Source: Promethearchaeota archaeon | GTDB taxonomy: Archaea > Asgardarchaeota > Lokiarchaeia > Sigyniarchaeales > SOKP01 | Reading direction: 5' to 3' | NCBI GenBank assembly: GCA_029838195.1 | Contig: JALGVJ010000066.1 | Span: 1-12,549, forward strand | DNA: 12,549 nucleotides | Notes under the pieces: model-generated | The model's database searches: none | What the model was told of the DNA's origin: nothing | The model's input: only the letters and a program-made list of their open reading frames with translations | Program-made: the position numbers and the translations under genes | Shown: one piece after another, positions 8,414 through 12,549 of the stretch | How the letters are laid out: every line of letters begins with the position of its first letter | Position numbering within the stretch: position 1 is the first letter of the stretch

Positions 8414-10294
8414 ATGTGTGGAATCATTGCTTATTTAACGAATTCTAAAAAAAACCCCTATAGAAAAGAGGATTTTCAAAAAATATTAGATAAAATGAAC
8501 CATAGAGGACCAGATGCTCAAGGAATATATTTAGATGATAAAATAATCCTTGGACATAAAAGATTATCCATTATAGATTTATCAGAAGCTGGGAATCAGC
8601 CATTATATTCTCGAGATGGAAATTATATCATCATATACAATGGAGAAATTTACAATTATCTCGAAATTAAAAAAGAATTAAAGGAAAAATTTGAAGATAT
8701 TCAATTTCATACGAATACAGATACGGAAATATTATTATTAGGGTATATTAAATATGGTCCTAAAATTTTAAAGAAAGTTAATGGTATGTTTAGTTTTGTG
8801 ATTTATGACAAAAATAATTCCGAACTCTTTATTGCACGCGATAGATTTGGCATAAAACCATTATATTATGTAAAATATAATAATGAGTTAATTTTTTGTT
8901 CTGAAATTAAACCAATTCTAAAGATTATTAAAAATTATACTTTTAATAAAAAATTGATATTTGATTATATTGCACTTAATAGAGTTGATCATTTAGATTT
9001 AACTTTTTTTAATGAGATTCGACGTTTCCCAGCAGGTTATTATCTTAAAATTAAATTAACTAACGGATTAAACCGTTTAAAATTCATAAAATGGTGGGAT
9101 CTCAATTTAGAAATAAAAAAGTTAAAAAATTCAATAATTTTCAAAGAAAGAAATCTGAAAGAACATATTAAATACGTGAAATTATTATTTGAAAATGCCA
9201 TTAGACTTAGATTGAGAAGTGATGTAGAAGTAGGGTCTTGTTTGAGTGGAGGAATTGATTCTTCAAGTATAGTATCAATAGCTAGTAGAATATTAAAAAA
9301 TTCAAATGTTCTTTTTAAAACATATTCTGTAATATACGGAAAATGGTTTGAATTGGATGAATCTAAATACGTACAAAACATTTTAAATCATTTTCAAAAT
9401 GTAGAAGGAAAGACAAAAATACCTACGATAGATGATGTTAATAGAAATTTCAAAAAGTTCATTTATCACCAAGAAGAGCCCGTACCTTCATTTTCTCCTT
9501 ATACACAATATGAAGTTATGAAATTAGCTAAATCATATAACCAAAAAGTCTTATTAGATGGTCAAGGAGGAGATGAAATATTGGCGGGGTATAGATATAT
9601 GAGCGGATATTATTTAGCTGAATTATTTAAAAAGAGAAAATGGAAAGAATTTTTAATTGAACTATTCATCCAATTAAAAATTAATAATTTTGAAGCAACT
9701 AAGACTTTTTTATATCAATTCTTACCGATTGTTCTAAAAAATTATTTACTCTATAGAAATTTGAAATATTTTTCAAAGACATTTCTTCACTTGTTTATTG
9801 ATAAAAATACTTTTAATTTTGGTTATTCTAAATTATACAATTCTAAAGATTTAAATGAAGCATTAATTGCCCACGTGAAATATAAATTACAACATTTATT
9901 AAGGTGGGAAGATAAAAACGCCATGGCTTTTTCGATTGAAAATAGAACACCTTTTTTAGATCATAATTTGGTTGTTTATCTATTATCTTTAAAAAGCTCA
10001 TGCAAAATTTATAGAGGTATTAATAAATGGATTTTTAGGCAAGCATTAAAAAATGAAGTGCCTAAACTTAATCTATTTCGAACAGATAAAATCGGATTTG
10101 CCGCCCCTGATAAATATTGGATATATCATAATGATAATAAATTAATAAAAGACTTGTTTGATAATCCTCATCCGTATCTATATCAAATTTTTAACATTCA
10201 GAAAATATTAACGAAAAATAAAATTAAAAAAAATACAAATTTAATATTTAAATTAATTTGTTTAAATACTTGGTTTAAATTATTTTTCAAGTGA
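8414..10294 (+). CDS. asnB: Asparagine synthase (glutamine-hydrolysing)-type amidotransferase, likely glycan-modifying
   Basis: Ntn N-terminus MCGI, HRGPD, LGHKRLSIIDL, YNGEIYNY, TDTE, ARDRFGIKPLYY, ATP-binding LSGGIDSS, LDGQGGDE, and LLRWEDKNAMAFSIENRTPFLDH. Confidence 0.95.
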   Translation: MCGIIAYLTNSKKNPYRKEDFQKILDKMNHRGPDAQGIYLDDKIILGHKRLSIIDLSEAGNQPLYSRDGNYIIIYNGEIYNYLEIKKELKEKFEDIQFHTNTDTEILLLGYIKYGPKILKKVNGMFSFVIYDKNNSELFIARDRFGIKPLYYVKYNNELIFCSEIKPILKIIKNYTFNKKLIFDYIALNRVDHLDLTFFNEIRRFPAGYYLKIKLTNGLNRLKFIKWWDLNLEIKKLKNSIIFKERNLKEHIKYVKLLFENAIRLRLRSDVEVGSCLSGGIDSSSIVSIASRILKNSNVLFKTYSVIYGKWFELDESKYVQNILNHFQNVEGKTKIPTIDDVNRNFKKFIYHQEEPVPSFSPYTQYEVMKLAKSYNQKVLLDGQGGDEILAGYRYMSGYYLAELFKKRKWKEFLIELFIQLKINNFEATKTFLYQFLPIVLKNYLLYRNLKYFSKTFLHLFIDKNTFNFGYSKLYNSKDLNEALIAHVKYKLQHLLRWEDKNAMAFSIENRTPFLDHNLVVYLLSLKSSCKIYRGINKWIFRQALKNEVPKLNLFRTDKIGFAAPDKYWIYHNDNKLIKDLFDNPHPYLYQIFNIQKILTKNKIKKNTNLIFKLICLNTWFKLFFK

Positions 10295-10297
10295 GTG

Positions 10298-10318
10298 TTT
10301 TTTTATTTTTATTTTTTT
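10298..10318 (+). terminator. Putative oligo-T terminator
   Basis: T7-A-T5-A-T7 starting 4 nt after the asnB stop, with no preceding hairpin (archaeal style). Confidence 0.45.
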
Positions 10319-10321
10319 AAT

Positions 10322-10607
10322 TAAAGTTCGACTTCGGTATGAGGGAGATCTGCGTGTAAAAAGTATGAAATATCCCCCTTATCTTTCACGCTTATATAAG
10401 AAAGGAAGATCTCGTTCTTTTAATTTGATACTCATAGAAGAAACCCCGCTTATCATAAATTTTTTTGAAGAATATAGCTTTTGTTTACCGACCACCGAAG
10501 AAAAGACTGTGAAGGTATATGCTTATGGCCTCTTAGTGAATGAGAGAAGGTCCCCATCAAGAGTATTGCCGAGAACACCATTCAGGAGCGGAGCAAGCGT
10601 CAGATGA
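10322..10607 (+). mobile_element. Truncated IS701-type element: left end plus transposase N-terminus
   Basis: TAAAGTTCGAC (10322-10332) is identical to 11 nt of the 1816 TIR. TATA-like TTATATAA at 10392-10399 precedes in-frame TTG 10425. The peptide IEETPLIINFFEEYSFCL...VYAYGLLVNERRSPSR resembles the IS701 N-terminal YxxGLLxxxERK region. No right end found. Confidence 0.65.
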
Positions 10608-10936
10608 ATCTGATCATTCTCCGGTTAAATTCAAGAACAATAAATAATTTTCCAATTATTCATTAATTAGAAATTTGAATTTCCAATTTAAAGATTAAAA
10701 AATTTTATCCTCCAAAATTTTTAAAAATTTTTAAATCGATCTTGTAATTTTGGATTTTCTTTCATTTTTTGAAAGCTTTTAGGATAATTTTCGACAAACC
10801 AAATCATAAATTTGGTTACATCGATTTTGTCTCTTAATATTTTCTCTCTTTTTTTTTTCCTTCTTTCCTTAGGTTGTTATTTTCCAACATTTCCAATGCT
10901 TAATTAAAAGCTTGTTTTTCCATATTTTTTGTTTTA

Positions 10937-11230
10937 TTTGAAAAATTAATCACAAAAAATAACGAGTTAAAAGCTAAGGATGCCGAATTTTTGGGAAGAG
11001 AGGTGCAATTTCAGGGTCAAATAAAGCAACTGGAAAAGAAAAGGAATCAATGGAAGTTAAATCTCTCAGGAGACTCACGGCAGCGGACGTGAAGATAAAG
11101 AGCCTTGCCCATTCCAGGCAAAAGATGAAAATCTCCGGAAAAAGACGATTGTCGAGGATGTGGAAGAGATCGTAGGGAAAGCTCCCTCCTGGTTGCCGCA
11201 TTATCGTACAGGACCAAAATCTCATAAAAT
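10937..11230 (+). pseudogene. Degraded coding remnant with coiled-coil-like peptide, origin unknown
   Basis: GC-richer, purine-rich patch. FEKLITKNNELKAKDAEFLGREVQFQGQIKQLEKKR, then AKDENLRKKTIVEDVEEIVGKAPSWLPHY in another frame. Confidence 0.3.
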
Positions 11231-11387
11231 TGGAAAATCAAGAGGTGATCATAGCGGTGGACTCTTTCTATTCGTTTTTAACATTTTAAATAAAGAGGTT
11301 TTATTGGTTATTACAAATTTTAATTTGTTATTATCGGAAATGGAAAAGAGAAAAAAATATGAGGTAGCAAATTAATCTCACCTCCGA

Positions 11388-12549
11388 CTAAATTGCCGCC
11401 TCGCTTTTTTTTATTTTTTGTCGAACATGCTTATTCACATCCACGTCAAATTCCTTGTATTGCTTGCTTCTTGCCCGACCAATAGCGCTTATTTCCCGCA
11501 TGGTAGCGCTTAATTGCTTGCGTGGCAACCATCCGCCAGACGTTAGCCTTTGCTACTCTACCATAAATGGCTTGTTTCTCCACGCTAAATGCTTTTTCCA
11601 CGTCGAGGTTTGTTTTCACGGCTTTTGGAAATTTATAATACTCAAAAAGCCCGGGAAGATAAGATTTCCATGGTCGACACCATTCACCTAAGATTTCCAC
11701 GGTTGTCTTTTTCTTGCTGGGTAAAAAAGCCTTGCATTCATCAAGCTTTATCGTAGGATCCTTTTCCTTAGCGATTGCAAATAACTCATCGTAGATTTCA
11801 GTGAGTTGTTCGACATTTTCTTCGTGAGAAAGGGTTTTTTTCCCAAATACCGTTCGGATCTTTTGAAAATATTCAAATAATAGTTTCGAATCCTCGTAAT
11901 ACTGTTTAACCCCTGCAAGTGCTTCGTTCAAGGTCGTGATCGTATTTTTCATGATTTTGGTAAACCGAAAAGTGGGATCAAGGGTGCTGCAAACAGCATT
12001 CATGTCGTTAGCGTACTTTTCCAAGGTCTCGTAAAGCCAAGTCCCTCTAAGTTCTTTAAGCGTCTTATTCTTGACTTTAAGCATGGTTTGGAGTTCCTTG
12101 TCCGTATTTTCGAAAGCATCGCGGACGGAGGCTTTTCCAACGTTTTCAAAATGAACTTTGGCACTTTTAGAAGCCGAGTGGATGTACAGTCCGTTGATGG
12201 CTTTTTTTAGCGGCAAGTACACATTGCTATCTAGCGCCGCTAAATGTCTCCACGTGTTCCTGAGAAAGTGAAACTGACAATATTGATGCGGGATATCAGG
12301 GTAATATTCATCGTGACATTTAGTGATCACGTTCTGCTTGTCGCTAACCCAACCGATTATCTTAACCCCGTATCTATTTCTTCAATGGTCTCGCGCAATT
12401 TCTCATGATCAAGCGAGTCAAACTTGCGAGTTGCAAAGATTCGGTTGCTTACCAAGTCCATGAAACACCAAATAGACGAAGCATCGCCTCCAGGATCTTG
12501 ACCATCTAAGCCCAGCAAGATGAAGCCCTGGTTTTGAATGATCTCCTCA
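11388..12549 (-). pseudogene. DDE transposase pseudogene with CxxH motif (IS256/ISH6/Mutator-like or ISNCY), 5' end outside the window
   Basis: From 12548: EEIIQNQGFILLGLDGQDPGG (D1)...LRETIEEI, frameshift near 12375, then YGVKIIGWVSDKQ (D2), PHQYCQFHFLRN (CxxH) and KTNLDVEKAFS (E). A probable second shift near 11517 leads to QLSATMREISA...KKSEAAI* ending at 11388. Confidence 0.82.

Noticed and set aside
9040-9381. Minus-strand 113-aa ORF
   Set aside because: Lies entirely antisense to asnB.
11418-11426. TTGTCGAAC as the right TIR partner of the 10322 end
   Set aside because: Only a partial match (continues ATGC, not TTTA), and it falls within the inferred C-terminal coding frame of the other transposase.
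10974-11691. Short ORFs 10974-11225, 11047-11241, 11160-11375 and 11455-11691
   Set aside because: They overlap each other or lie antisense to the transposase, with no recognisable motifs.
2411-12256. Six CACGTG palindromes (2411, 2761, 5103, 6704, 9872, 12251)
   Set aside because: Mostly in GC-richer coding DNA with no positional pattern. Post-hoc hexamer selection makes the apparent excess unconvincing.

Overview
AT-rich surface-glycan biosynthesis region heavily invaded by GC-richer insertion sequences. Apparently intact genes: a Wzx/MOP-type oligosaccharide flippase (228-1754), a PAPS-dependent sulfotransferase (5552-6529, minus), a GT4 glycosyltransferase whose frame is open about 150 codons upstream of the supplied ORF (~6869-8083), and an AsnB-type glutamine amidotransferase (8414-10294). 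Decayed or mobile DNA: an IS701-family element with perfect 15-bp TIRs (1816-3010), a degenerate IS630 with TIRs and TA duplication (4371-5535), a second IS701-type left-end stub (10322-10607), a frameshifted DD-CxxH-E transposase (11388-12549) and a creatininase-family pseudogene (3725-4336). TATA boxes 25-35 nt before start codons and an oligo-T terminator suggest an archaeal host; Lokiarchaeia/Asgard is my impression only and is unverified. I found no CRISPR array, RNA gene or unambiguous new system. The best candidate is a pathway for a sulfated and amidated exported glycan.
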